Origin: Lentisphaerae bacterium GWF2_50_93
GTDB lineage: Bacteria; Verrucomicrobiota; Lentisphaeria; Victivallales; GWF2-50-93
DNA length: 64,000 bases
Reading direction: 5' to 3'
Assembly (NCBI GenBank): GCA_001804815.1
Contig: MHBI01000011.1
Span: forward strand, 1,670 to 65,669
Both the position numbers and the translations under genes were made by a program. Numbering within the stretch: position 1 is the stretch's first letter; every line of letters starts with the position of its first letter. Under the pieces are notes generated by a model. It made no database searches and was not told the origin of the DNA. It was given only the letters and a program-made list of their open reading frames with translations. Below, one piece after another: positions 9,193 to 18,879 of this stretch.

Positions 9193-10860
9193 CTACTGTT
9201 CTATTCCAATATAAAATCCAGATTCTGCCCTCGGGCTTTCAATCACAAGCGACTGACGGAACATTTCAAGGCCGAACTCGGGATGATAGGTGGTTTTTTC
9301 CAGACAGCTCCTGCAATCACCAAATATATGGATTACGAGTTTATTTTCATCTTTTATCACGTATTCCGTCCCTGAAACCTTCTCAACCCTGCAGCTGGGA
9401 TGGAAATGTATCCGGGAATTGGCAGATATCTTCCGGGTGCTCTCTATGCGATCGACTACCTTCAATCCAACTTCTGGATTCCATTCAAATATTCTCCTGT
9501 GTATCGGTGCACCAGGCAGATGCTGGTATCCATTATGCGCGGCTTCCAGCCGGAACCCAACGGCTGATGGCTGCCAGCTGACTTCTATCGGGTAACCACG
9601 GCGTCCGACCCGGAACGCACCCCACATGTCGCACTGATCCTGTCCTTCGATCTCAATTGTATTGTGTGCGGAAGTAGACCGGCAATAACGGCGAGTATTC
9701 GAAACCTCATAATCATGCACTCCGGAATCAACTGCTACGCGGTGCCCTGCGAGTGACAGTTCGAAACTGAGCATGTCGGCATGGGCATGTCCGGGGATAT
9801 AGTCCGGCCCGATCTTTCCCGCATCGCAAACCAGGTAGTTCCCTGAAGCATCGCGCCAGCCATAATATCCGGCATCTGGCAGGGCAAAACAGCCGTAGTC
9901 CTGCCGGGAATAATTCCGTTCCAGTAGCTTGCCGCAATACTCCAGCAACTGGACTGGCTCGTTATATATGCCAAAGGCGCTGTCGTTCAAAAGCGCAATA
10001 CGTCCGTCCGGATGGCAGATATGTTTCAGTGCACATGCCATGCGTTCCATCGGATCTTCGGTTAGTTTCTGAAGAGTAGGATGACCTGTCGCCCGGAGAG
10101 CTGCCAGCAGATACAAAATCCTGCAGTGGTACATCGGAGACAGCTCAAAATGCATGCCGTCCGGCAGGATCTGCTCTGGAATCTGCTTTTCGAGGATTGA
10201 AACCCCCTTTTCCAGCCAAAGCTCCGCATTTTCACCTTTGAAACAGCTGCCTGCGAGCGCCAGGGCGGCACCATTCTCAAAATAATGATTGCCAAGCAGG
10301 CGTGTTTCCAGATGGCAGGACAGCCATTCACACTGCAAATAAATGATCTGCCACAACTGGCACTGGAAAGACTGATCCTTTTCAACTTCTGTTCGGTACT
10401 GCCCCCAGAACACACTGCACCAGTTCATCACACGCAATGAAACTGGATAAGAATCCCAGCCAGCTTGATCCTTCGCCAGACGGTGCTTGGCGATCCAATC
10501 CAGTGCAACGGTCTTGGCATCTTGATAGTCCAGCGACCACAGCCACTCGAAATAATGCAGATTGTACTGCCAGAGCTTCGGAAGATTAGTCCGGTTCCAG
10601 CCTGGGGGCCACCCGATCTCTTCAGTACGGTTGATGAAAGTCATTCTTCCTTCCAGGACACCTGCACTGCTGTTGTTTTGGATTCCCGGAGGAAGGAATT
10701 TCCGGTCCTGATTCCATCGGCAACCTGGAAAATCCGGCGCCTTCCTTGCTGAAACCCGGGCTGGGTTCTCCAGAAAAGGACGAATCCTGTGGTCTATCTG
10801 TCCATGGATCTGGCATGGCTTCAGATGCCGAATGGTATGGTAGAATCGTGAGATGTTCAT
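9193..10860 (-). CDS. Heparinase II/III family protein
   Basis: LLGNHYFENGAALALAG and PGHAHADMLSFELSLAGHRVAVDSG motifs are present. The gene neighbourhood is typical for this family. Confidence 0.75.
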   Translation of the reverse strand: MNISRFYHTIRHLKPCQIHGQIDHRIRPFLENPARVSARKAPDFPGCRWNQDRKFLPPGIQNNSSAGVLEGRMTFINRTEEIGWPPGWNRTNLPKLWQYNLHYFEWLWSLDYQDAKTVALDWIAKHRLAKDQAGWDSYPVSLRVMNWCSVFWGQYRTEVEKDQSFQCQLWQIIYLQCEWLSCHLETRLLGNHYFENGAALALAGSCFKGENAELWLEKGVSILEKQIPEQILPDGMHFELSPMYHCRILYLLAALRATGHPTLQKLTEDPMERMACALKHICHPDGRIALLNDSAFGIYNEPVQLLEYCGKLLERNYSRQDYGCFALPDAGYYGWRDASGNYLVCDAGKIGPDYIPGHAHADMLSFELSLAGHRVAVDSGVHDYEVSNTRRYCRSTSAHNTIEIEGQDQCDMWGAFRVGRRGYPIEVSWQPSAVGFRLEAAHNGYQHLPGAPIHRRIFEWNPEVGLKVVDRIESTRKISANSRIHFHPSCRVEKVSGTEYVIKDENKLVIHIFGDCRSCLEKTTYHPEFGLEMFRQSLVIESPRAESGFYIGIEQ

Positions 10861-10896
10861 ATGTGTAAAATCAGGAATTAGGAGACGGTCGGACGG

Positions 10897-11274
10897 TCAG
10901 ACAGATTTACAGAAAGACTCATAATTCTGGATCACGCTTCCGAGCTTACGTCCTAGCTCAGCATATCTCAATAATAGTTGGTAATGCTCTTCTGTAATCA
11001 TATATTCGCAGGATTTCGCTGTTTCAATCCAGTGCACGGTTTCCTGAAGTTCCCCGTCAGCGTCGGTACACTTGCTCAGAAAATGCGCAGGATATCTACG
11101 CTTTGACCAGGCTTCCGCGATATTGGCTCCAATTGAACGGGAACTCCGACGGACCTGATCGGTCAATGCATACTTTTCCTCTGGAGGCCAGAGTTTGCTA
11201 ACTTTGAAAACATGCTGTTGCAGTTCGAACGCCAATTTGTAAACATCTAAGTCTCGATAACTTTGCACGCGCAT
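10897..11274 (-). CDS. Four-helix-bundle protein (23S rRNA intervening-sequence protein / Avd-like family)
   Basis: 125 aa. YRDLDVYKLAFEL...ALTDQVRRSSRSIGANIAEAWSKRRYPAHF matches the family pattern. It is inserted between two functionally linked sugar-modification genes. Confidence 0.8.
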   Translation of the reverse strand: MRVQSYRDLDVYKLAFELQQHVFKVSKLWPPEEKYALTDQVRRSSRSIGANIAEAWSKRRYPAHFLSKCTDADGELQETVHWIETAKSCEYMITEEHYQLLLRYAELGRKLGSVIQNYESFCKSV

Positions 11275-11302
11275 TCTTACCCCCTTTTTCTTTTCTTAAT
11301 TA

Positions 11303-11370
11303 CACTGCCCACTGCCCACTGCCTACCGCCTTACCGTCAGACCGTCAGACTGTCAGACCGTCAGACTGCC
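11303..11370. repeat. Degenerate word tract (CCCACTG x3, then CCGTCAGA x4)
   Basis: The sequence is CACTGCCCACTGCCCACTGCCTACCGCCTTACCGTCAGACCGTCAGACTGTCAGACCGTCAGACTGCC. It overlaps the last 6 codons of the oxidoreductase. Confidence 0.85.
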
Positions 11371-13500
11371 AATCTTAATCACCCTATTCTCAGATGCGGA
11401 AGTCATTGCCGCGAAACTCGCCCTAGTTACGTTTTCAATCTGCTCAAATGGAATCATCGGCGCGCCTCCTTGCTCTACTCTCCCGACAAACTGTCTGATT
11501 TCCGACTGGTGCCCCTTGTCCTGGCTCCAGGTCTTGAGCTTCCTGAAGTTCCTGAACCCAAAACCGCTTGTCACCCTGAAATTCTCAAGCTTCAGCACCC
11601 TTCCGTCGCTGAACACCTCCAGAGTTTCCTTGGGATAGCTTTTTGAACCATTGGCGAAATAGTTGAGCGTACCCATCGATCCATCGGCGAACCCCAGCAT
11701 GATGGCCATCTTGTCCTCCCGGACAGCCGGACCATCTCCAACCATCATGGCCGAAACAGACCTGACCGGACTGCCGGCAATATAGCTCAGCAGATCGATG
11801 AAATGACAGGCTTCACCGATGATGCGGCCGCCTCCGCGCCGGGGATCCTGCAGCCAGTTGTCTGCCGGAATTTCACCTGCATTCACAGTCATGTTCATCG
11901 TCAGAGGGCAGCCACGTCCGTCAAGCAGCTGTCTGATCTTCTGGGTATGCTGGCTGAATCGGCGGTTGAAGCCTACCATCAGCTGAAGTCCGGCATGCTT
12001 CTGCACCTCCTGGGCAATTCCAGCCAGTTCATCTTCACAGATGCAGAGAGGCTTTTCCACAAATACATGTTTGCCGGCCGCCATGGCCTCTGTTACAAGC
12101 TGTGCATGCGTATTATGGCCGGTGGCGATAAAGACCGTGTTTACCTCTTTGTCGTCAAGAATGACCCGGTAGTCGGTCAATGCATTTTCTATGGAAAACT
12201 TGGCGGCGGCATGCTTGACCGCATGGGCGTTGCTTTTGCCACAGACATATTTCAGTCTGGCATCGGTCTTCTTTAAGCAGGGCAGGATCACGCCGACCGA
12301 AAAATTACCGGCGCCAATGACCCCAACCACAACTTTGCTGCTAGCTGCGCTTTTTGTCTGGGGAATGGCGATTTTCACGGAGCGATCCGCCATTTTGGGA
12401 TATTGCAATATGACACCGAGCGCGGAGGAGTCATTTTGGATTTTATCGTATGCCTGCAGTGCATCACCCAGCTGATATCGATGAGTGATCAGGGAATCCA
12501 CCTTCAGGCTGCCTGACGCCATTGCGCCCAATACCGCTTCAAAATTGCGTCCTTCGGTCCAGCGAACAAGTCCCAGAGGATAATCCTGTCCTTTCTGCTC
12601 ATATTTCTCATCGTAGCGGCCTGGCCCATAGCTTGCAGACACTTGGAAAGTCAGTTCCTTCTTGAAGAAATCGTCCCTCCTAAGATTTAATCCAACCACC
12701 CCGACTAGCACAATCCGGCCGCGCTTCCGGCAGCTTTCCGCAGCCTGGTGCATGATTTCGTCGGTTTTGGAGGAGGCGGTTACAATCACGGCATCCACTC
12801 CGTTCTCCCTGGTCCATCCACGGCTTGCTGCTACCGGATCCCCTCCCTGGGAAAGATCAACTGTCTTAACGCCAAAGCTCTCTGCGAGTTTCAGTCGTCC
12901 AGTGTTGAAATCAACTCCAATAACCTCGCAGCCGTTGGCGCGTAGCAGTTGTACGGTCACAAGACCGATCAGTCCCATTCCAAAGACCATTACCTTCTCA
13001 CCGAGCGTCGGCTGTACAAGCCGGATACCCTGCATGGCGATTGCGCCAAGCACTGTGAAGGCGGCGGCCTCATCTCCCACGCCATCTGGAATCCTAGCCA
13101 CAAGATTCCGGGGTACGCATACTACCTCGGCATGATTGCCATTGCTGATCACCCGGTCGCCCGGCTGCAGATCGCTGACGCCAGACCCCGCTTCCAGCAC
13201 CACGCCGGCATTGCAGTAACCCAGCGGCAGTGGTTCATCAAGCTTGCGGAATACCGCCTCCAGAGTCGGAAGCAGGCCATCAGCCCTGATCTTGTCCAGC
13301 ACCTGCTTGACCTTGTCAGGCTGCTGACTCGCCTTCTGCAGAAGGTTCGCCTTGGAAAATTCCACCAGCATCCGTTCCGTACCTGCCGAAATAAGTGAAG
13401 CCCGTGTCTGGATCAGTACCTGTCCCGAACCCACCTGCGGGCAGGGCACCTCAGCCAGTTCCATTTGTCCGGTTTTCAAATGTTGAAGTATCTGTTTCAT
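11353..13500 (-). CDS. Bi-domain oxidoreductase (N-terminal Zn-type alcohol dehydrogenase + C-terminal Gfo/Idh/MocA)
   Basis: 715 aa. The MDR-type N-terminus has GDRV..GNHAE and a GMGLIGL Rossmann motif. The second Rossmann motif is VGVIGAGNF, followed by HVFVEKP typical of Gfo/Idh/MocA. Confidence 0.8.
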   Translation of the reverse strand: MKQILQHLKTGQMELAEVPCPQVGSGQVLIQTRASLISAGTERMLVEFSKANLLQKASQQPDKVKQVLDKIRADGLLPTLEAVFRKLDEPLPLGYCNAGVVLEAGSGVSDLQPGDRVISNGNHAEVVCVPRNLVARIPDGVGDEAAAFTVLGAIAMQGIRLVQPTLGEKVMVFGMGLIGLVTVQLLRANGCEVIGVDFNTGRLKLAESFGVKTVDLSQGGDPVAASRGWTRENGVDAVIVTASSKTDEIMHQAAESCRKRGRIVLVGVVGLNLRRDDFFKKELTFQVSASYGPGRYDEKYEQKGQDYPLGLVRWTEGRNFEAVLGAMASGSLKVDSLITHRYQLGDALQAYDKIQNDSSALGVILQYPKMADRSVKIAIPQTKSAASSKVVVGVIGAGNFSVGVILPCLKKTDARLKYVCGKSNAHAVKHAAAKFSIENALTDYRVILDDKEVNTVFIATGHNTHAQLVTEAMAAGKHVFVEKPLCICEDELAGIAQEVQKHAGLQLMVGFNRRFSQHTQKIRQLLDGRGCPLTMNMTVNAGEIPADNWLQDPRRGGGRIIGEACHFIDLLSYIAGSPVRSVSAMMVGDGPAVREDKMAIMLGFADGSMGTLNYFANGSKSYPKETLEVFSDGRVLKLENFRVTSGFGFRNFRKLKTWSQDKGHQSEIRQFVGRVEQGGAPMIPFEQIENVTRASFAAMTSASENRVIKIGSLTV

Positions 13501-13527
13501 ATTGTCCCTTGAAAAAAACTAAAGATT

Positions 13528-13888
13528 TAACCACGAAACACACGAATGACACGAAAAGCAAGATTATTTAACCACTAATCTTCACTTATCTGACACTAAT
13601 AAATCATTTGCTGCGAGTTTGCTTCTCCGGAGGAGAATCAAAATCACAGCAAGTCTTGTATGTTAATTCCTGTTAGTGACAGATTAGTGTCCGTTAGTGG
13701 TGAAGTCTTTGTTCAGGTTTTAAGAAGGGCTCCCGAATTTCCGCATTCCCTCTTTCACAGACAACGGATCACCGACCTCTGATTACCGTGTCCATCCTGT
13801 CTGTCGTCTGCCCTCTGACCCCCCGATTACCGACCCTCCTGCCTGACTGTCCTCTGTCCTCTGTCCTCTACTGCCTACCGTCCTCAAC
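13528..13888. repeat. Composite intergenic mosaic: CACGAA words, palindromic element (13568-13706), TTCCGCATTCCCTCTTTC module, C/T-rich word tracts
   Basis: ACCACGAAACACACGAATGACACGAAAAGC comes first. The palindrome runs TTTAACCACTAATC...GTTAGTGGTGAAGTC. It is followed by CCGAATTTCCGCATTCCCTCTTTCACAGACAACGGATCACCG and then GATTACCG / CTGTCCT words. Confidence 0.85.
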
Positions 13889-14599
13889 CTACCTTTTCCT
13901 AAAAGTACTCAGCAGGATAACCTTTAGAGATTCAATCCCCAGGCAATTAACAATCCGTTCATATGCAATTCCGACCATATATGTTGCCGGATTCATTCGT
14001 AAATATTCAGGTCTTCCTTCTATATGTTCTATTTCTAATAGATCAAAACCTGTTTTCTCGGCTGTCCTTCTTTGATCATTTTCCGTATTCAATTTATAAA
14101 GGGTGGGGAATGTGTCATCATCATTTCTTCCCCTTTTCCTATTTATATACTTGTGAAAGCTGTCCGGAGTTAATGACGCGATTAATGGCACGTAATGGTA
14201 CTTGTTTGGTGTTTTGGCGATGAAGAGGCCTCCGCTCTTCAGTATCCTGGCCACCTCAGAAAAAACCTTTTCTGGAGCCGCTATGTGTTCAAAGACATTG
14301 TTGCAGACAACAACATCGCAGGAGTGATCCGGAATAAATGGCATGTTTTCAATGGAGGAAACATGGGCTTCGTCAAGGAATGGATTGTTTTTAACTCTTT
14401 CATCAAGATCCACGCCTATGACCTTTTTGGCGACTCCTTTGAAATTCATAAAGCCGATGATTCCAGCACCCGCCCCGAGGTCCAGAAGGACTGTGTCCTT
14501 ATTTATATTCTTTCTTACTTTCTGGGAAACGAGCAAATTATCCCAGTTCTTCTCAAAGTCCTTATAAAATATCTTATCTAATCTTTCTGTGAGCTTCAT
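13889..14599 (-). CDS. Class I SAM-dependent methyltransferase
   Basis: LLDLGAGAGIIG (motif I) and VVVCNNVFEHI are present. The start at 14599 has GGAG 7 nt upstream; the longer ORF start at 14635 is possible. Confidence 0.75.
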   Translation of the reverse strand: MKLTERLDKIFYKDFEKNWDNLLVSQKVRKNINKDTVLLDLGAGAGIIGFMNFKGVAKKVIGVDLDERVKNNPFLDEAHVSSIENMPFIPDHSCDVVVCNNVFEHIAAPEKVFSEVARILKSGGLFIAKTPNKYHYVPLIASLTPDSFHKYINRKRGRNDDDTFPTLYKLNTENDQRRTAEKTGFDLLEIEHIEGRPEYLRMNPATYMVGIAYERIVNCLGIESLKVILLSTFRKR

Positions 14600-14639
14600 A
14601 ATATTTCTCCAAAACAATCCAGAAGTTGCAGACACGCGA

Positions 14640-15644
14640 TTATTTACCTGATTCTACCGGTGTTTTACGCCATCCTCCAGAGGCTTCAGTGAAATCCCTA
14701 GCGGAAAGACACCAGACTATTACCTTGACATGGTTTAGCCATCCTGCCTGCTTGGACTTACGATACAGATTTATCCTAACAGAGGTGGCTCCGGAACCAC
14801 GTACAGCTAGTAAGTCAACAGGAAATCCCATCTCATAAGCGAGCTGATCGACTAGTCCAGACTTTTCCGCCAGCATATCCCCTCCTGCATGAAATACCAG
14901 AGCGTGACTGTCTCCGATTAATAATACAGGACTGCCGGCGTCAATGGTTTCTGTACCGGTTATCAGGCGAGACAAGATTTTCTCCTTTGGTATGGTCTTG
15001 TCACCTAACGATTCCCATAGATCGCCAGTCAACTCGAGCTCTTTATTTTCAGACTGAAATTGTTTTTTAGGAATAGCTTGCACCCATGGTTCAAGGAGTA
15101 TGACGGCGGCAATGGCTTTGGCTGCAATCTCACAGGCATATGGGCTCCAATGAGAATCCTGACGACAATAAAGCTCCTGTCCCGGCTTTTTAGCAGCTAT
15201 AAAAATCCCGTGGAGATCCAGTGTTTCTACCCCTTTGTCCTTTAATATGCCGTAGAACTCGCGGAGAGCAGCATAAGCAGCGTCGGGACTGAACTTGGAG
15301 GAGATCCCTTCGGGATAGACCGTAGCCTTAGGCGGCACAGGAACGAAAATGAGTTTCACTCCAAGTTTTTTCAACTGGTCGTTAAAATCTACTATTGCCG
15401 GGATAGGGTTTGTTTGTGGGTCCTTGGGAGGAGATGCGAAAAACCGACCGGATGCGAGATGCCGCAGTTCCGAACCTGAATACATCCAGCCGTCTTGTCC
15501 CTTGTAGGTGATACTTTCCGAAGGGACGCCTTTGGCTGCGGCCTCACAGGTCTGTTGGAAATCATCGCCGCAGACTACTTTTGCTGAGCTTGCCGTCAAA
15601 ACTAGTCCGACAAGGCATTCAAATAGAAAAATTTTACTTTTCAT
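14640..15644 (-). CDS. AlgX/AlgJ-like (DHHW/SGNH-type) polysaccharide O-acetylation protein, secreted
   Basis: There is a signal peptide. RQDSHWSPYACEIAAKAI corresponds to the D-x-H-W motif, and LLIGDSH is also present. It lies adjacent to the MBOAT gene. Confidence 0.65.
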   Translation of the reverse strand: MKSKIFLFECLVGLVLTASSAKVVCGDDFQQTCEAAAKGVPSESITYKGQDGWMYSGSELRHLASGRFFASPPKDPQTNPIPAIVDFNDQLKKLGVKLIFVPVPPKATVYPEGISSKFSPDAAYAALREFYGILKDKGVETLDLHGIFIAAKKPGQELYCRQDSHWSPYACEIAAKAIAAVILLEPWVQAIPKKQFQSENKELELTGDLWESLGDKTIPKEKILSRLITGTETIDAGSPVLLIGDSHALVFHAGGDMLAEKSGLVDQLAYEMGFPVDLLAVRGSGATSVRINLYRKSKQAGWLNHVKVIVWCLSARDFTEASGGWRKTPVESGK

Positions 15645-17367
15645 GAATTATTTCTCCCCAACATGGTTCTTCCAAGGCAGCGGCCTCGTTTTTTATTTCA
15701 GAGCGGTTGATACCGCTAAACTTGTTTTCAACATCCCTCCAACTGTACAGCTTGACCTTTATCCTGTTTCCCGTTTTGATTTTGGCAGCATCGGTCCAAC
15801 AGTTGTTTTTCATGCTGACAACGTAAACCAATGCCTGTCGGTTCGCCCCTGCCGGAGAGCTTAGATCGTCTAGAAGCATTGACACTACGTGATCTTTGTA
15901 GGGCACAGTTCCCGGACGTGGCACAGAAGCTATTTCCATCACAGTGGCGGTGATGACCAGGTTTTGTCCCGACTCGAGGGATAGGAAATCAGCCTGCCGT
16001 TCCTTACCCAGATCCATTTCGACAATTCTCCAGTCGCCGCAGGCCAGTTCGCGATTGGCGAATTCCCAGATCACAACTTTTTTGCCGGTCAGACGGTCAT
16101 GCCCTTTCTTCAGCTCGGTGGAGAGAAGTTCCCGTGTCGCACATGATCCCGCATCGTTTCGCAAAATGGTATCCACAGGCCGCTGCAGATGGAAGCTGAG
16201 CTGCTCTGCGAAACCTGCTGATTCTCCCCATCCCATCTGACCTAGAGAAAAAATGTTACTGAAACTGTCTCCTAAAAAAAGAATGTCCGAACCGCCCTCT
16301 GATATCCACGGAATGCCATCTGGCTGGAACACTTTTTGGATTGTAACAGTTTCCTCATGGAAAATTTGCTGAGTCTCAGGTAATTTGAGCATCATGGCAA
16401 TATCTCCGAGATTGCTTATCTGTACGGGTTTCCTGAAATATACCGTTGGCCCATTGACTAGTAGATTATCATTGACCAACATGGATGAGAGCTCTCTTGC
16501 AACGAAGTCCATTGCTTCCGGCGTCCAATGAGTGTCAGTCTTAAGATACTGAGGCCGACTCTCCGATTTCTTCCTGTTGAAAAGCATGGAAGCGCAATCG
16601 AAAACCTGTATCCCGTTGTTGCGCATCTCATTGAAAAATGACTCTTCAGATGGGTTGCGTATGGGACATTTCAAGAGCCTTTCATTTAATTCAGCGAAAT
16701 GTTCAGCCTCCAGCATTGGTTTTACTGGAATTGGCATCAGCACAAGCTTGATTCCTCGCGATTTCAGTTGTTCAGCAAATTTCAGAATCGCCTTGCGCGG
16801 ATCCGGCTGTGGAGAATTGGCTGAAAGTTTTCTCAGCTGCAGTTCTCTCCGGTCAAGAAACGGCCGGCCAGTAACATAATCGACATCAGGCCTGTAGAAA
16901 AGCCATCCGTCCCGACCGATATAGGCCTTCTCGTTTCCAAGTCCGAAATTTGACGCAAAAAATTGCTGGACTGAAGGCAATAATGTTTTAATGACGACAG
17001 ATTCGCGTTCAAGTGTCTCATCATAATCCTTTATGTTCGTGGTAGATGGAAGGAGATTGGCTGCATCGGAAAAACTACGGACTCCGCATATCTTTTTCCA
17101 GCTTGGCAGAAGTGAAAACACTTTGAAGACCGACCATTTGGGAGAGGAACTCCCCACTTCTGCATTTTCAGCTTTGACAGAGGGAATTCTTTCCATAACC
17201 AGCTGGATTGATGGAACAATTGCAATTGCCGCAAGGAATACGATTGTCAATGTGATTTGCACACCTTTTGAGAAGCAAGTATGTCCGAGTTCGGCGGAAG
17301 CCTGCTGTTCGCGGGTTATTTTTGCGTGTATTCCTGCAGTTGAATGTGCTTCAAAAATCTTTTTCAT
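15634..17367 (-). CDS. AlgX/AlgJ-like polysaccharide O-acetylation protein (large paralog)
   Basis: LKTDTHWTPEAMDFVARELS and LFLGDSFSN motifs are present. The start is chosen at MKKIFEAH, 5 nt after the MBOAT stop. The maximal ORF start 17433 would overlap the MBOAT gene by 62 nt. Confidence 0.65.
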   Translation of the reverse strand: MKKIFEAHSTAGIHAKITREQQASAELGHTCFSKGVQITLTIVFLAAIAIVPSIQLVMERIPSVKAENAEVGSSSPKWSVFKVFSLLPSWKKICGVRSFSDAANLLPSTTNIKDYDETLERESVVIKTLLPSVQQFFASNFGLGNEKAYIGRDGWLFYRPDVDYVTGRPFLDRRELQLRKLSANSPQPDPRKAILKFAEQLKSRGIKLVLMPIPVKPMLEAEHFAELNERLLKCPIRNPSEESFFNEMRNNGIQVFDCASMLFNRKKSESRPQYLKTDTHWTPEAMDFVARELSSMLVNDNLLVNGPTVYFRKPVQISNLGDIAMMLKLPETQQIFHEETVTIQKVFQPDGIPWISEGGSDILFLGDSFSNIFSLGQMGWGESAGFAEQLSFHLQRPVDTILRNDAGSCATRELLSTELKKGHDRLTGKKVVIWEFANRELACGDWRIVEMDLGKERQADFLSLESGQNLVITATVMEIASVPRPGTVPYKDHVVSMLLDDLSSPAGANRQALVYVVSMKNNCWTDAAKIKTGNRIKVKLYSWRDVENKFSGINRSEIKNEAAALEEPCWGEIIHEK

Positions 17368-17371
17368 GTCT

Positions 17372-18847
17372 TCAGAAGATAAAATAGATGAAAGGGTTAT
17401 AGGTTTGTGTGAAAAGAACGACCATTGAAACAATCATCACACCTACGCACCAGGCTGTGCGGGGCCAGGTTAATTTTCGCGTGATGTCCCAGGATTGCGG
17501 CATCCGCCATACGGCAAATGCAGCTACTGCGAAAGTTAGCAGATAGTATGGCTTGTATATGAGTCCCGATACGAGTTCGGCGCCACCCTGTACGTAACCA
17601 ACACCAAACATGTTTTGAAGGTATAGAATTGCTGCCGGCAGATCTGCGGCACGGAAAAAGACCCAGCCAAGGCAGACTATTCCAAATGTTATCGCCATCC
17701 GGATGATTGCAGGCATTTTACTGTATAGGCTCTGATTGCCCAGACGGCGTTCAAGTGCCAGCCAGCTTCCGTGTATTCCGCCCCATATCACAAAATTCCA
17801 GCTTGCTCCATGCCAAAGTCCTCCAAGTAGCATCACAAGGAAGAGATTGATATAAGTTCTTATTGGACCTTTTCTGCTTCCTCCCAGGGGGACATAGAGG
17901 TAATCACGCAACCAGCTTGAAAGGGATATGTGCCAACGTCGCCAGAATTCTGTTATTGACAGGCTGATATAAGGAGAATCAAAGTTTTTAGCAAAAATGA
18001 AGCCAAGCATCAGGCCGAGACCAATAGCCATGTCGGAATAACCTGAGAAGTCGAAATATATCTGAAAGGAATATGCCACAGTGCCATACCATGCGTCGAG
18101 TGCATGTACGCTGCCGGCGTTGAACACAGTATCGGCTATCTTGCCGCATCCGTTTGCAAGCAGGATCTTCTTGCCAAGTCCCAGAGAAAATATTGCCACC
18201 CCTCTTGCAAATCTTTCAAGCTTCAGTTTGCGGTTCTCAAGTTGATCAGCAAGGAACGAAAACTGAAGGATGGGTCCCGCTACCAAGTGGGGATACATTG
18301 AGACAAAGCAGGAGAAATCTATCAAGTTCTTCATAGCCTTCGCATCGCCGCGATATACATCTATCGTATATGAAAGAGACTGGAAGGTGTAGAAGCTGAT
18401 ACCGAGCGGCAGAATTACGCGGAACGCTGTATCCCACTGCGCCGAGGACCATCCCATTGCCATGAATAGCGAATTGTAACTGTCTATGCCAAAATTGAAA
18501 TATTTGAAAAATCCCAAGGATAGGAGGTTGGAAACAACCGACGCAACTATAGCCCACTTCTGGAGGCGTGTCCGCGTACCGTCCTTGACCAAAGGCTCCA
18601 CCGGTTCGTGCCAGACCCGCCATACTCTCCAATCGTTATGAGCAATGATTATGCTGACAATCCAGTCAACAAGCGTGGTTCCCAGCATAAGGAAAATGAA
18701 TTTTGGATTCGCCCATCCATAGAAAATATATCCGGCAATTATCAGTGAGAGATTGCGGATTCGGTTGCTACTTCTGAAAAGGGCAAAATATGATGCAAGC
18801 GCAACAGGGAGAAAATAAAAAAGAAACAGATACGAACTGAAAACCAT
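17372..18847 (-). CDS. MBOAT family O-acyltransferase (AlgI/DltB-like)
   Basis: MVFSSYLFLFYFLPV at the N-terminus, FWRRWHISLSSWLRDYLYVPLGGSR, and a multi-TM profile. Confidence 0.85.
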   Translation of the reverse strand: MVFSSYLFLFYFLPVALASYFALFRSSNRIRNLSLIIAGYIFYGWANPKFIFLMLGTTLVDWIVSIIIAHNDWRVWRVWHEPVEPLVKDGTRTRLQKWAIVASVVSNLLSLGFFKYFNFGIDSYNSLFMAMGWSSAQWDTAFRVILPLGISFYTFQSLSYTIDVYRGDAKAMKNLIDFSCFVSMYPHLVAGPILQFSFLADQLENRKLKLERFARGVAIFSLGLGKKILLANGCGKIADTVFNAGSVHALDAWYGTVAYSFQIYFDFSGYSDMAIGLGLMLGFIFAKNFDSPYISLSITEFWRRWHISLSSWLRDYLYVPLGGSRKGPIRTYINLFLVMLLGGLWHGASWNFVIWGGIHGSWLALERRLGNQSLYSKMPAIIRMAITFGIVCLGWVFFRAADLPAAILYLQNMFGVGYVQGGAELVSGLIYKPYYLLTFAVAAFAVWRMPQSWDITRKLTWPRTAWCVGVMIVSMVVLFTQTYNPFIYFIF

Positions 18848-18879
18848 ATTATCAATCCTAAAGAATCATTTTTCCTTGT

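Noticed and set aside
10897-11274. Diversity-generating retroelement, suggested by the Avd-family four-helix-bundle gene plus near-identical repeats in the surface protein
   Set aside because: The window has no reverse transcriptase and no TR/VR pair. The differences between the 213-bp repeats are mostly synonymous and not adenine-specific.
11323-11330. ops/JUMPStart-like GGCGGTAG on the minus strand downstream of the oxidoreductase
   Set aside because: It is only an 8-nt match embedded in a CCTACCG word tract. Such a match is expected by chance once or twice in 128 kb of two-strand sequence. It is not repeated in front of other operon segments.
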